64,000 nucleotides of DNA. It comes from Paenibacillaceae bacterium (lineage in GTDB: Bacteria; Bacillota; Bacilli; Paenibacillales; UBA4045). Position numbers and translations under genes: made by a program. The DNA lies in NCBI GenBank assembly GCA_040880185.1, contig JBBDIY010000044.1, positions 12,970-76,969 on the forward strand, written 5' to 3'. Shown one piece after another: positions 48,502-57,741 of this stretch. Below the pieces are notes generated by a model. That model ran no database searches and was not told the origin of the DNA. It worked only from the letters and a program-made list of their open reading frames with translations. Each line of letters begins with the position of its first letter. Within the stretch, counting starts at the first letter, position 1.

Positions 48502-49803
48502 ATGTTCTTGGATAAAGCGAAAATTTATGTAAAAGGCGGTAATGGTGGCGATGGAATCGTCTCTTATCGAAGAGAGCTATATGTACCGATGGGTGGACCT
48601 GCTGGTGGCGATGGAGGTAGAGGCGGCGACGTAATCTTCGTTGTAGATTCAGGACTTCGTACGCTTATTGATTTCCGATACCAAAAGCATTTCAAAGCAC
48701 CAATCGGTGAACGGGGTAAGAACAAATCCCGTCATGGAGCGAATGCCGAGGATATGATTGTTAGAGTACCTCCCGGTACAGTCGTATTGGATGAGGACTC
48801 TGGGGAGATATTAGCGGATTTGACTCGACATGGTCAGCAGGTAGTTGTTGCTAAAGGCGGACGTGGCGGACGTGGTAACATTCGATTTGCCACACCTGCG
48901 AATCCCGCTCCAGGCATCTCGGAGAACGGGGAGGAAGGTAAAGAACGATATCTCATTCTGGAGTTAAAAGTGATGGCAGATGTCGGACTAGTCGGATTCC
49001 CGAGCGTTGGGAAATCCACGTTGCTTTCCGTTGTATCAGCCGCAACACCGAAGATTGGGGCTTATCACTTTACTACGATTACTCCGAATCTAGGGGTCGT
49101 TGATGTTGGAGATGGTCGAAGCTTTGTCATGGCAGATCTTCCTGGATTGATTGAAGGCGCTAATGAAGGGGTTGGTCTTGGCCATGAATTTCTACGCCAT
49201 ATCGAACGTACGCGAGTACTTGTTCATATCATTGATATGTCAGCTGTGGACGGTCGTGACCCCTACGAAGATTGGGTGATGATTAATCGCGAGCTTGAAT
49301 TGTATAACCCACTCTTGCTAACGCGGCCACAGCTTCTTGTAGCGAACAAGATGGATAGCCCTGGAGCTGATGTGCATCTTGAAGCGTTCAAGGAACGGCT
49401 TATTGCCGAAGGAGAACAAACGGAAGTGCTTCCTATCTCTGCTGTTACCAAGGATGGGATTCAACAAGTGCTTTATCGTTGTGCGGATATATTAGAGACA
49501 ATTCCGAATGTACCATCTGTGGAAGAGGTTAAGGATGTATCTGAGCGTAAGGTATATCAAGCAGAAGAGAAGAAGGATGAATCCTATGAGATTCGTAGAG
49601 AAAATGATTTATATATTATCGAAAGTCCGCATATTGAGAATATGTTGAAACGGATGAATTTCAATACGCAAGAAGCGGCGGACAGGTTTGCGAGAATAAT
49701 GAGCAAGATGGGAATCGATAAAGCACTGCGGTTGAAAGGTGCGAAGGACGGGAATTATGTTCGCATCGGAGAATTTGAATTTGAATTCGTAGATCAAGAA
49801 TAG
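48502..49803 (+). CDS. obg: GTPase Obg/CgtA
   Basis: [18 protein letters not shown] and a glycine-rich Obg fold. G motifs [18 protein letters not shown] and NKMD, and a C-terminal TGS-like OCT domain. Confidence 0.96.
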   Translation: MFLDKAKIYVKGGNGGDGIVSYRRELYVPMGGPAGGDGGRGGDVIFVVDSGLRTLIDFRYQKHFKAPIGERGKNKSRHGANAEDMIVRVPPGTVVLDEDSGEILADLTRHGQQVVVAKGGRGGRGNIRFATPANPAPGISENGEEGKERYLILELKVMADVGLVGFPSVGKSTLLSVVSAATPKIGAYHFTTITPNLGVVDVGDGRSFVMADLPGLIEGANEGVGLGHEFLRHIERTRVLVHIIDMSAVDGRDPYEDWVMINRELELYNPLLLTRPQLLVANKMDSPGADVHLEAFKERLIAEGEQTEVLPISAVTKDGIQQVLYRCADILETIPNVPSVEEVKDVSERKVYQAEEKKDESYEIRRENDLYIIESPHIENMLKRMNFNTQEAADRFARIMSKMGIDKALRLKGAKDGNYVRIGEFEFEFVDQE

Positions 49804-49821
49804 AAGCAAAGAAAATAAATG

Positions 49822-49855
49822 AGACACCAGCAAATTGCTGGTGTCTTTTGTTTTT
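49822..49855 (+). terminator. Rho-independent terminator
   Basis: AGACACCAGC / GCTGGTGTCT perfect 10-bp stem followed by TTTGTTTTT. Confidence 0.88.
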
Positions 49856-49980
49856 CGCACAAATCCGAACAATTTCAATTAAATTTGATTTATTGTCCGT
49901 GTTTTGTACAAACATAAAGCGAAAACCTTTAAGTTGATGGGTAGAATGAAGTGAATTGTGAATTATTTGCGAAAAACCTA

Positions 49981-50009
49981 TTGAAATTTCAAAACCTCCC
50001 GTGTATAGT
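49981..50009 (+). promoter_or_regulatory. Candidate sigmaA promoter of the nitrate-assimilation cluster
   Basis: TTGAAA, a 17-nt spacer, then TATAGT. Confidence 0.5.
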
Positions 50010-50016
50010 ATACCTA

Positions 50017-50033
50017 TGTTATATAAAGTAACA
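50017..50033. promoter_or_regulatory. TnrA/GlnR-type box TGTTA-N7-TAACA
   Basis: TGTTATATAAAGTAACA matches the consensus TGTNAN7TNACA at every specified position. It lies just downstream of the candidate -10 and upstream of the narK SD. Confidence 0.5.
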
Positions 50034-50063
50034 CATAGAGAAAGATAAAGAGGAGTGGATAGT

Positions 50064-51296
50064 GTGGAGAAGAAGGGATTTAAGAATTCGGGGCATAAAC
50101 CAAGTCTATTGTCAGCATTTATCTATTTTGATGTTAGCTTTATGATATGGGTGATGTGTGGTGCGTTAGCTTTGTTCATTACGAAGGATTTCGGATTGAC
50201 TGATTCGCAGAAAGCAACCATGGTTGCGATTCCCCTTCTAGGGGGCGCCTTACTGCGAATCCCAATGGGGATATTAGCGGATAAGATTGGCTGCAAGAAA
50301 GCCGGAATCTTCGGCATGATCGTATCAATGATTCCCCTATTCTGGGGCTGGCTAGGATCTAATAGCATGAATGAAATGCTAGCGGTTGGTTTGCTGTTAG
50401 GAATGGCGGGTGCGAGCTTTGCCGTTGCATTACCACTTGCCAGTCTATGGTATCCACCTCAATATCAAGGCTTAGCGATGGGAATAGCAGGTGCTGGTAA
50501 TAGTGGTACGGCATTAGCAACCTTCTTTGGTCCGAAGCTAGCCGAAGTTTATGGATGGCATGTAGTGTTCGGATTAGCACTTATTCCACTTACTTTGGTA
50601 CTTATTACTTATATTTTCTTAGCCAAAGATAGCCCTAATCAGCCGAAGCCTAAGAAGCTACTTGATTACCTTGCCATGTTCAAGTATGCAGACACTTGGT
50701 GGTTTTCCTTATTCTATGCGATCACGTTTGGTGGATTTGTTGGACTATCTAGTTATTTCAGTATATTCTTCTATGATATTTATGGAGATGCAACGGTTTC
50801 AGGTGGGATTACGAAAGTGCAGGTAGGTTATCTGGTGACCATTACCGTCATGGCCGGTAGCTTCTTCCGGCCACTGGGTGGTTATATTGCAGATCGGGTC
50901 GGCGGTATGAAATTCCTGATGATTCTGTTTAGTTGTGTAACGATTTGTGCATTTGCCGTTTCTACAATGCCAAGCTCATTCTATGTCATGCTCTTGATTA
51001 CAAGTATTATGATGGCATGCTTAGGTATGGGTAATGGCTCTGTGTTCCAGCTTGTTCCGCAACGATTTCCAAAGGAAATTGGTGTAGTCACTGGCATCGT
51101 TGGCGCAGCAGGTGGTTTCGGAGGGTACATTCTAAGCAACAATATCCTTGGACCACTCAAACAGTCGACCGGTACACACGTGGCGGGATTCCTGACGGTA
51201 GCTACCATCGTTCTGGTTATTACAGTCGTGTTCTTTGCAGTATCGGTTAGTTGGAGAAGGTCATGGGCGACAGCGAATAAGGGTGTGAATTTCTAA
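50064..51296 (+). CDS. narK: MFS nitrate/nitrite transporter (NarK/NasA family)
   Basis: A 12-TM MFS protein with the NNP-family glycine-rich motifs (GGALLRIPMGILADKIG; AGNSGTA; GIVGAAGGFGG). The start is GTG 50064 (or 50055), after AGGAG. Confidence 0.85.
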   Translation: MEKKGFKNSGHKPSLLSAFIYFDVSFMIWVMCGALALFITKDFGLTDSQKATMVAIPLLGGALLRIPMGILADKIGCKKAGIFGMIVSMIPLFWGWLGSNSMNEMLAVGLLLGMAGASFAVALPLASLWYPPQYQGLAMGIAGAGNSGTALATFFGPKLAEVYGWHVVFGLALIPLTLVLITYIFLAKDSPNQPKPKKLLDYLAMFKYADTWWFSLFYAITFGGFVGLSSYFSIFFYDIYGDATVSGGITKVQVGYLVTITVMAGSFFRPLGGYIADRVGGMKFLMILFSCVTICAFAVSTMPSSFYVMLLITSIMMACLGMGNGSVFQLVPQRFPKEIGVVTGIVGAAGGFGGYILSNNILGPLKQSTGTHVAGFLTVATIVLVITVVFFAVSVSWRRSWATANKGVNF

Positions 51297-51325
51297 CTGC
51301 AGCTACAGAATGCTACCCGAAGGGT

Positions 51326-52366
51326 ATGAAACCGATGAGACAATGGATAAAAGCAGTTGGAACAGGAAAAAGAGGATCGCGAGACTTAACCTATGACCAA
51401 AGTGCTGCTGTAGCTCATATGATTGCTCGTAAAGAGGCAACAGATGTACAGATTGCCTCATGGTTAATGGCAGAACGTATGAAGAGTGAATCGGACGATG
51501 AGATTATGGCTTTCATTCATGTGTTTAGAAAATATTGTACGCCGATTGGGTCCTTCACGAACTCGATTAATTGTGCTGGACCTTATGACGGTAGACGATA
51601 TTGTCCAATCACAATTCCGGTTAGTCTACTTATGGCGTCCGTCCAAGTTCCTCAGGTACTCCACGGTGGTGATTCTCTGCCACCGAAGGAAGGTACCTCC
51701 GTTAAGGAATTATTAGAGGCACTTGGTGTGCGAATTCAGAAGGAAGTTACGCATTGGGAGCGTGTATTCTCATCCGTTCATATCAATTTTCTATGGACCG
51801 AACAATTATGTCCTCCACTCCAATCTGTGCGACATATTCGTCAAGAGATGGGTCTTAGAACCATGCTAAATACCGTTGAGAAAGTCATTAACCCTGTACA
51901 ATCCGCCAATCTGATTATAGGCGTAAATCATAAAACAGCGATGCAGCATTTGATTCATATTTTGCCTCGGTCAGGGTTTGAGACATCATATATCGTTCAG
52001 GGAATTGAAGGATCAGAAGATCTTCCCATTTATAAGAATAGTGCAATCCGCAAAGTGACAGCTTACGGCGATGAATCAAGTATGATAGATCCTTCGATGT
52101 TTGGTTTTAGTGGCGAACCTCTAGTTGAGCATGACAAAGAACAACAAATATTGATTCTGCAAAGGATTATTGATGGAGAAGACAGCGTGGATATAAAGAA
52201 AGAAAGAGATCATGTCATATTTAATGCTGGGTTACGATTTTTCTGGTTTGATAAGGTTTCAACGTATGAGGAAGGATTTTACCTTGCTCGGTCTTTGTTA
52301 CAACGGAAAGAAGCTGCTCGAACATTAAACAAGTGGATAGAATTAAGCGAAGTGGAGGAGTCGTAA
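51326..52366 (+). CDS. TrpD-fold (anthranilate phosphoribosyltransferase-like) protein with degenerate PRPP/anthranilate motifs
   Basis: It aligns by eye along B. subtilis TrpD, with three changes. GTGGDG is AGPYDG. KHGNRSVSSKSGSAD is LHGGDSLPPKEGTSV. GLDELS is GSEDLP. Its stop overlaps the nasC start (TAATG). Confidence 0.65.
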   Translation: MKPMRQWIKAVGTGKRGSRDLTYDQSAAVAHMIARKEATDVQIASWLMAERMKSESDDEIMAFIHVFRKYCTPIGSFTNSINCAGPYDGRRYCPITIPVSLLMASVQVPQVLHGGDSLPPKEGTSVKELLEALGVRIQKEVTHWERVFSSVHINFLWTEQLCPPLQSVRHIRQEMGLRTMLNTVEKVINPVQSANLIIGVNHKTAMQHLIHILPRSGFETSYIVQGIEGSEDLPIYKNSAIRKVTAYGDESSMIDPSMFGFSGEPLVEHDKEQQILILQRIIDGEDSVDIKKERDHVIFNAGLRFFWFDKVSTYEEGFYLARSLLQRKEAARTLNKWIELSEVEES

Positions 52367-54504
52367 TGATGATAACTGAAGCAACTACGCTCCCCAAGCT
52401 ATCCAATCAAACACATTGTTGCTTTTGTAGTATGCAATGTGGTGTTGAGTTAATCAAGGATGAGGATTCAGGGGCGATTACTGTGAAGCCGCGGCAGGAC
52501 TTTCCCGTAGCTACAGGTCGTCTATGTCAGAAAGGGTTTAATGTTGTTGAACATACCCTTCATCCGAGTCGCTTAATCTATCCAGTCCAGAGATCAGACG
52601 ATCAACCAAAAAGTTCCGACAACGTTGAATGGATTCGGAAGGATTGGGATTCAGCCTATGGGGACATATCGGATCGGATTAAACATTTACAACAAGCTCA
52701 TGGACAGGATGTCATTGCTGTGTATGGTGGTGGATCACTGACGAATGAGGTGTGTTACTTATTAGGCAAATTCACAAGAGTTGCTCTTCGCTCTAAGTTT
52801 ATAGATTACAATGGAAGGTACTGTATGTCATCTGCAGCTGCGGCTGCTAATAAAGCATTTGGCATTGATCGAGGGATGAGTATGCCATTATCGGAGTTGT
52901 CCCATGCGCAATACATTATTCTCGCTGGAACGAATGTGGCTGAATGTCAACCTACGATGATGCCCTATCTGATGGAAGCAAAGAAGAATAAAGCTACGAT
53001 CGTGACCATCGATCCACGTCAAACAATGACCTCGAAAATTTCCGATATCCACGTGCGTCTGCAGCCAGGGTTTGATTCGGTGTTCATTAATGGCTTGTTA
53101 CATGTCATATTGAATGAGAATTTAGCTGATCAATCGTTTATTAATAAGATGACCATGGGTATCGACGAACTGAAGAAAGCTGTAGAGCTTTATACACCAG
53201 CGTATGTGGAGCGTTTAACTGGCGTGATGGAGGCTGTTACACGGACGATCGCTCGTGGCTATGCTCGTGCAGAGAGTGGTATTGTGCTTACGGCACGCGG
53301 TTTAGAACAACAAATTAATGGCGTTGAGAATACGCTCAATTATATAAATTTGTGTTTAGTAACAGGGAAGATAGGCAGAAAAGGCTGTGGATATGGAGCC
53401 GTTACTGGTCAAGCGAATGGTCAGGGCGGGAGAGAGCATGGACAAAAGGCAGATCAGTTGCCTGGATATCGGATGATCGATGATCCTGCTGCACGAGCTC
53501 ATGTCGCCGAGGTTTGGGGAATATCACCCGATGAGCTTCCTGGCAAAGGGGTGTCAGCCTTCGAGATGTTCGAGAAGATCGAGCAGGGTGAGATCAGAGG
53601 CATGATTGTTCTGGGCTCCAATCCCCTAGTTTCTAGTCCAGATAATCGATATGTGGCACGAATGCTTGAAAAATTAGATTTGTTGGTAGTCGTTGATATG
53701 TTCGAGACAGAGACAGCGAAGTATGCAGATTGGATCCTACCAAGCTCATCGTTCTTAGAAGCTGAGGGTACACTAACGAATTTGGAAGGACGTGTGTTCC
53801 ATCGTCCGCAGGCATTGGATTTACCAGGTGAATGTAAACTAGATGTAACGATTATTAAGGAGCTTGCAGAGTACCTTGGTAAAGGTGAGTATTTCCAGTA
53901 TAAGTCGGCTGAGGACGTTTTTGATGAATTAGCCAGAGCGTCCGCTGGCGGCAAGGCAGACTACAGTGGAATCACCTATGATCGATTAAGGCTTGAGAAA
54001 GGTGTGTTCTGGCCATGTCCGCAAGTGGAGCATCCTGGAACGCCATATATGTTCGAAAACGGCTTCCATCATTCAGATGGCAAAGCAAGAATACATGGTA
54101 TTACGCCTAAGATGCCCGCTGAACCGATTGATCGTGAGTATCCTTACATCTTAACGACGGGACGATTAGCCAATCATTATCTGAGCGGTGCGCAAACGCG
54201 GAGAACCGAAGGGCTAAATCGAAAAGCACCTATGCCAATCGCAGAAGTGCATCCCATACTAGCACAGAAAATAGGATTGAAGCTAGGTGATCAACTTCGC
54301 CTTACGAGCCGCCGGGGTTCCTTGAAGTTTCCATTCAAGATAACGGAAGGTATACATCCTACAACCATATTCGTGCCCTTTCATTGGGGCGGTGACTTAT
54401 CGATCAACCAACTGACGATCGCTGCACTAGATCCCACGAGTCGGATGCCGGAATTCAAGCTATGCGCGGTGAAGGTGGAGCGTGTTGAGGGACAGCTAAT
54501 ATGA
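52366..54504 (+). CDS. nasC: Assimilatory nitrate reductase catalytic subunit (molybdopterin oxidoreductase, NasC/NarB type)
   Basis: An N-terminal 4Fe-4S motif CCFCSMQCGV...C, MopB-family core motifs and a C-terminal molybdopterin dinucleotide-binding barrel. GGAGGAG precedes the ATG at 52366. It lies next to narK. Confidence 0.82.
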   Translation: MMITEATTLPKLSNQTHCCFCSMQCGVELIKDEDSGAITVKPRQDFPVATGRLCQKGFNVVEHTLHPSRLIYPVQRSDDQPKSSDNVEWIRKDWDSAYGDISDRIKHLQQAHGQDVIAVYGGGSLTNEVCYLLGKFTRVALRSKFIDYNGRYCMSSAAAAANKAFGIDRGMSMPLSELSHAQYIILAGTNVAECQPTMMPYLMEAKKNKATIVTIDPRQTMTSKISDIHVRLQPGFDSVFINGLLHVILNENLADQSFINKMTMGIDELKKAVELYTPAYVERLTGVMEAVTRTIARGYARAESGIVLTARGLEQQINGVENTLNYINLCLVTGKIGRKGCGYGAVTGQANGQGGREHGQKADQLPGYRMIDDPAARAHVAEVWGISPDELPGKGVSAFEMFEKIEQGEIRGMIVLGSNPLVSSPDNRYVARMLEKLDLLVVVDMFETETAKYADWILPSSSFLEAEGTLTNLEGRVFHRPQALDLPGECKLDVTIIKELAEYLGKGEYFQYKSAEDVFDELARASAGGKADYSGITYDRLRLEKGVFWPCPQVEHPGTPYMFENGFHHSDGKARIHGITPKMPAEPIDREYPYILTTGRLANHYLSGAQTRRTEGLNRKAPMPIAEVHPILAQKIGLKLGDQLRLTSRRGSLKFPFKITEGIHPTTIFVPFHWGGDLSINQLTIAALDPTSRMPEFKLCAVKVERVEGQLI

Positions 54505-54571
54505 GAATTGTTGCGAGTAATAGCTAAAGTGGAGACATAAACAGATACAGAAATAGGATCAAATCTTACGG

Positions 54572-54600
54572 CCTTCCACTTGAAGTGGAGGGTTATTTTT
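54572..54600 (+). terminator. Rho-independent terminator
   Basis: CCTTCCAC / GTGGAGGG stem (one G-U pair) followed by TTATTTTT. Confidence 0.7.
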
Positions 54601-54646
54601 ACGACTAAGAATGTATGAAATTTCACTTAACTTGATAAAGGTCTTT

Positions 54647-54745
54647 GAAGCCTCTGCAGCTTGTTCGGCAGATAAATTCGGTTGAATAGAGGCTCCAAGA
54701 GCCTCTGCAGCTTGTTCGGCAGGTATATTCGGTTGAATAGAGGCT
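54647..54745. repeat. Two tandem copies of a 51-bp unit
   Basis: GCCTCTGCAGCTTGTTCGGCAG.TA.ATTCGGTTGAATAGAGGCT starts at 54650 and again at 54701. Only 2 mismatches in the core. Confidence 0.85.
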
Positions 54746-54887
54746 TTTGGAGCTTCTACATTCATTTGATCCACGATTCAGATAAGTAATAAAGCGTCGA
54801 AGACGCTCTAAATCGGAGAAACCACGAACCAGATAAGATGTACAGCGAATTTTCTGCCTCGAAGTTGCTCAAAGCGGCTTTTCACCC

Positions 54888-54916
54888 TTGCTATCACTCA
54901 CTAATTTAGATATAAT
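54888..54916 (+). promoter_or_regulatory. Candidate sigmaA promoter for pheB-hom-thrB-pheA
   Basis: TTGCTA, a 17-nt spacer, then TATAAT. Confidence 0.55.
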
Positions 54917-54964
54917 GTCCACTATGCAAACACAACAGTCTCTCTTAGAAGGACGGAGTCGCTT

Positions 54965-55399
54965 ATGGATCGATATTATTTAGTTCATGAGGATATTCTC
55001 CCTGAAGCTCTTCACAAGACCATGCAGGTCAAAGAGCTACTCGCTCATGGTGATGCCAAGACCATTCATGAAGCCGTTGAACATGTAGGTCTTAGTAGAA
55101 GTGCATACTACAAATATAAAGATGGTATTCATGCCTTGGAGAGTATGGAGAGAGAACGCATCATTACCATATCCATGGATCTACAACATCGTTCAGGAAT
55201 TTTGTCGAAGGTATTAGCACTTGTTGCAAGCTTTGAAGGGAATGTCTTAACGATTAACCAGACTATTCCTCTACAAGGAATGGCTAATGTAGTTATCTCC
55301 GTTGAAACGTCTAATATGAGCGATCAAATCTTACCACTTATTGATGCTCTAAATCATCATGATGGTGTCAAGAAAGCGGCTATTATTGGTAGAGGATAA
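54965..55399 (+). CDS. pheB: ACT-domain protein PheB (UPF0735)
   Basis: YYLVHEDILPEA...SRSAYYKYKD N-terminus and a C-terminal ACT domain. It is in the obg-proximal position, as in B. subtilis. Confidence 0.82.
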   Translation: MDRYYLVHEDILPEALHKTMQVKELLAHGDAKTIHEAVEHVGLSRSAYYKYKDGIHALESMERERIITISMDLQHRSGILSKVLALVASFEGNVLTINQTIPLQGMANVVISVETSNMSDQILPLIDALNHHDGVKKAAIIGRG

Positions 55400-55461
55400 T
55401 TTTCGAACTCTTATTGATCGACCACAAGTGTAGTTATTTATAAATTCTAGGAGGTAGTATC

Positions 55462-56748
55462 GTGAAACCGGTCAGAATTGGATTGTTAGGGTTAGGTACT
55501 GTAGGTACAGGTGTTGTTCGTATTGTAGAAGGTCATCAGGAGGATTTACAGCGACAGGTTGGTTGCCCTGTACTTATAGAACGTATTCTTGTTCAGCATG
55601 TGGATAAAGAACGGTCGATTCATATAGATCCTAGTAAACTTACAGAAGATCCGTGGAGTGTCATTAATAACCCGGAAATTGATGTTATTATTGAAGTAAT
55701 GGGTGGTATTGGACTCTCAAAAGAATATATTCTTGCAGCCCTCGAAAGAGGAAAACATGTCGTAACAGCGAATAAAGACTTGATGGCTCAACACGGTCAA
55801 GAAATTCTACAGAAAGCAGCAGAAAAAGGCTGTGATGTATTCTACGAGGCGAGTGTGGCTGGCGGTGTACCTATTCTGCGCACATTGGTCGAGGGATTTT
55901 CTTCCGATCGAATATACAAAATGATGGGAATCGTCAATGGTACTACGAATTATATTCTTACCAAGATGAGCCAAGAGGGTGCCTCCTATGATGATGTTCT
56001 TAAGGAAGCACAGGACTTAGGGTATGCAGAATCTGATCCAACCTCTGATGTAGAAGGCTATGATGCTGCTTACAAGATGACCATATTAGCAACACTTGGT
56101 TTCCATGCGAAGATTAATTATGAGGATGTCCAGGTTAAAGGGATATCCAAAGTGCGTAAAGAGGATATCACGTATGCGAAGAGACTCGGTTACGAGATGA
56201 AGCTGCTTGGTATTGCAGAGAATCAGGATGGGTATGTCAGCATCAGTGTTGAACCAACGATGGTGAAACGCGATCATCCACTCGCCTCAGTTAACGGTGT
56301 ATTCAACGCCATATATGTATATGGGGAAGCCGTTGGTGAAACGATGTTCTACGGTCGTGGAGCGGGTGAGATGCCAACTGCAACGTCTGTTGTTGCCGAT
56401 ATAGTCGCTGTTATTAAGAATTTGAAGTTAGGTGTCAATGGACAACGAGGAGCAATTTCTTATGTAGAGAAGAAGATGAAAACCTCCGATCAGATTGAGT
56501 CCAAATATTTTGTGCTATTGCATGTTGAAGATAAAGCGGGTGTGCTTGCTCGAATTACGCAAGTATTCGGTCAGCACGAGGTTAGCCTTGAATCGGTCAT
56601 TCAACAGCCGAATACGAGCAACCCTAAAGCTGAAATTGTAATTATTACTCATAATGCTAGCAAAGCTAGTATGGATAAGGTTCTCGCTGCATTTAAAGAG
56701 CTTGCTGTTGTAGATGCGGTTCAAAGTGTTTATCGTGTAGAAGGCTAA
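55462..56748 (+). CDS. hom: Homoserine dehydrogenase
   Basis: NAD fold IGLLGLGTVGTGV, VTANKDL, the catalytic region GIVNGTTNYILT, and a C-terminal ACT domain. Confidence 0.95.
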   Translation: MKPVRIGLLGLGTVGTGVVRIVEGHQEDLQRQVGCPVLIERILVQHVDKERSIHIDPSKLTEDPWSVINNPEIDVIIEVMGGIGLSKEYILAALERGKHVVTANKDLMAQHGQEILQKAAEKGCDVFYEASVAGGVPILRTLVEGFSSDRIYKMMGIVNGTTNYILTKMSQEGASYDDVLKEAQDLGYAESDPTSDVEGYDAAYKMTILATLGFHAKINYEDVQVKGISKVRKEDITYAKRLGYEMKLLGIAENQDGYVSISVEPTMVKRDHPLASVNGVFNAIYVYGEAVGETMFYGRGAGEMPTATSVVADIVAVIKNLKLGVNGQRGAISYVEKKMKTSDQIESKYFVLLHVEDKAGVLARITQVFGQHEVSLESVIQQPNTSNPKAEIVIITHNASKASMDKVLAAFKELAVVDAVQSVYRVEG

Positions 56749-56772
56749 ATGTTAGGGTGAGGGTGGACGGTT

Positions 56773-57741
56773 ATGAGCAAACAGAAGGTGCGTGTACGAA
56801 TCCCTGCCAGTACAGCTAATCTAGGTCCGGGCTTCGATACGCTTGGAATGGCATTAGAATTATATGCATGGATTGATATGGAAATTGCTGAAGCTACGGT
56901 TATTCATCTTCATGGTGATCAGATGCGAAGCATTCCCACAGACAAGAAAAACTTAGTGTATCGAGTTGCGCAGCAAGTGTTCGCGGCAGCTGGAGTGGAT
57001 TATCCGGAGCTAGAAATTTCTATGTACAGTGATATTCCATTAACTCGTGGATTAGGTAGTAGTGCGTCAGCGATCATTGGCGGAATGTATGCAGCTAATG
57101 CGCTTGCTGGGAATAAACTTACGAATGATGAATTATTCCAATTGGCTACACGGATCGAGGATCATCCTGATAATGTGGGTGCATCCTTATATGGAGGCAT
57201 TGTTGTTGCCTTTTGGGACGGTCAACGAGCAGAATCGATTCGAATCGAACCAAATGATCAGTTGGAGGTTTTAGTAGCTATACCTGACTTCTATCTAGCA
57301 ACTGAGAAAGCACGTAATGTGCTACCGAAGCAAGTTTCTATGAAGGATGCCGTTTTCAATGTCGGTCATTCGTCATTACTCGTTGCTGCAATGTGCACGG
57401 GGAATCTGCCTGCTATCCGTCTAGCGATGAAGGACGCTTTACATCAGCCCTATCGATCTGCGCTTATTCCCAGTATGGAATTGATTCTGCGAGATGCTGA
57501 TCAGCATGGTGCATTAGGAGTAGCTCTCAGTGGTGCTGGTCCAACCTTATTAGCTCTCGTTGATAGCAATGAATCGAAGAAAACTGATCTTGAAGCATTC
57601 TTATTAAATACACTTCGTAGTCAGAATGTGAATGCAAAGCTGCTCTGGCTGAAGCCAAGCTCCAAAGGTGTTGAATTGCTTCACATAGATCGTACGTTCA
57701 CTTCATTATTCGAGAAATCCAAAGGGGAAGTAAGAGCATGA
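56773..57741 (+). CDS. thrB: Homoserine kinase
   Basis: VRIPASTANLGPGFD and the GHMP motif PLTRGLGSSASA. Confidence 0.92.
   Translation: MSKQKVRVRIPASTANLGPGFDTLGMALELYAWIDMEIAEATVIHLHGDQMRSIPTDKKNLVYRVAQQVFAAAGVDYPELEISMYSDIPLTRGLGSSASAIIGGMYAANALAGNKLTNDELFQLATRIEDHPDNVGASLYGGIVVAFWDGQRAESIRIEPNDQLEVLVAIPDFYLATEKARNVLPKQVSMKDAVFNVGHSSLLVAAMCTGNLPAIRLAMKDALHQPYRSALIPSMELILRDADQHGALGVALSGAGPTLLALVDSNESKKTDLEAFLLNTLRSQNVNAKLLWLKPSSKGVELLHIDRTFTSLFEKSKGEVRA

Noticed and set aside
53499-53954. Long antisense ORFs inside confirmed genes (for example 53499..53954, 39031..39480, 37627..37980, 751..1074, 1046..1342)
   Set aside because: Each lies entirely antisense to a strongly supported conserved gene (nasC, mreB, radC, lonB). 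Their composition is low-complexity and Ser/Arg/Pro-rich, typical of shadow frames.
54647-54745. Possible CRISPR array
   Set aside because: There are only two directly abutting copies with no unique spacers, no further repeats, and no cas genes in the window.
54559-54774. 71-aa minus-strand ORF (MDQMNVEAPKASIQPNIPAEQAAEALGAS...)
   Set aside because: It has a GTG start with no Shine-Dalgarno. Its length is created by the 51-bp tandem repeat, and its 3' end runs through the nasC terminator hairpin. It is more likely a repeat artefact than a gene.
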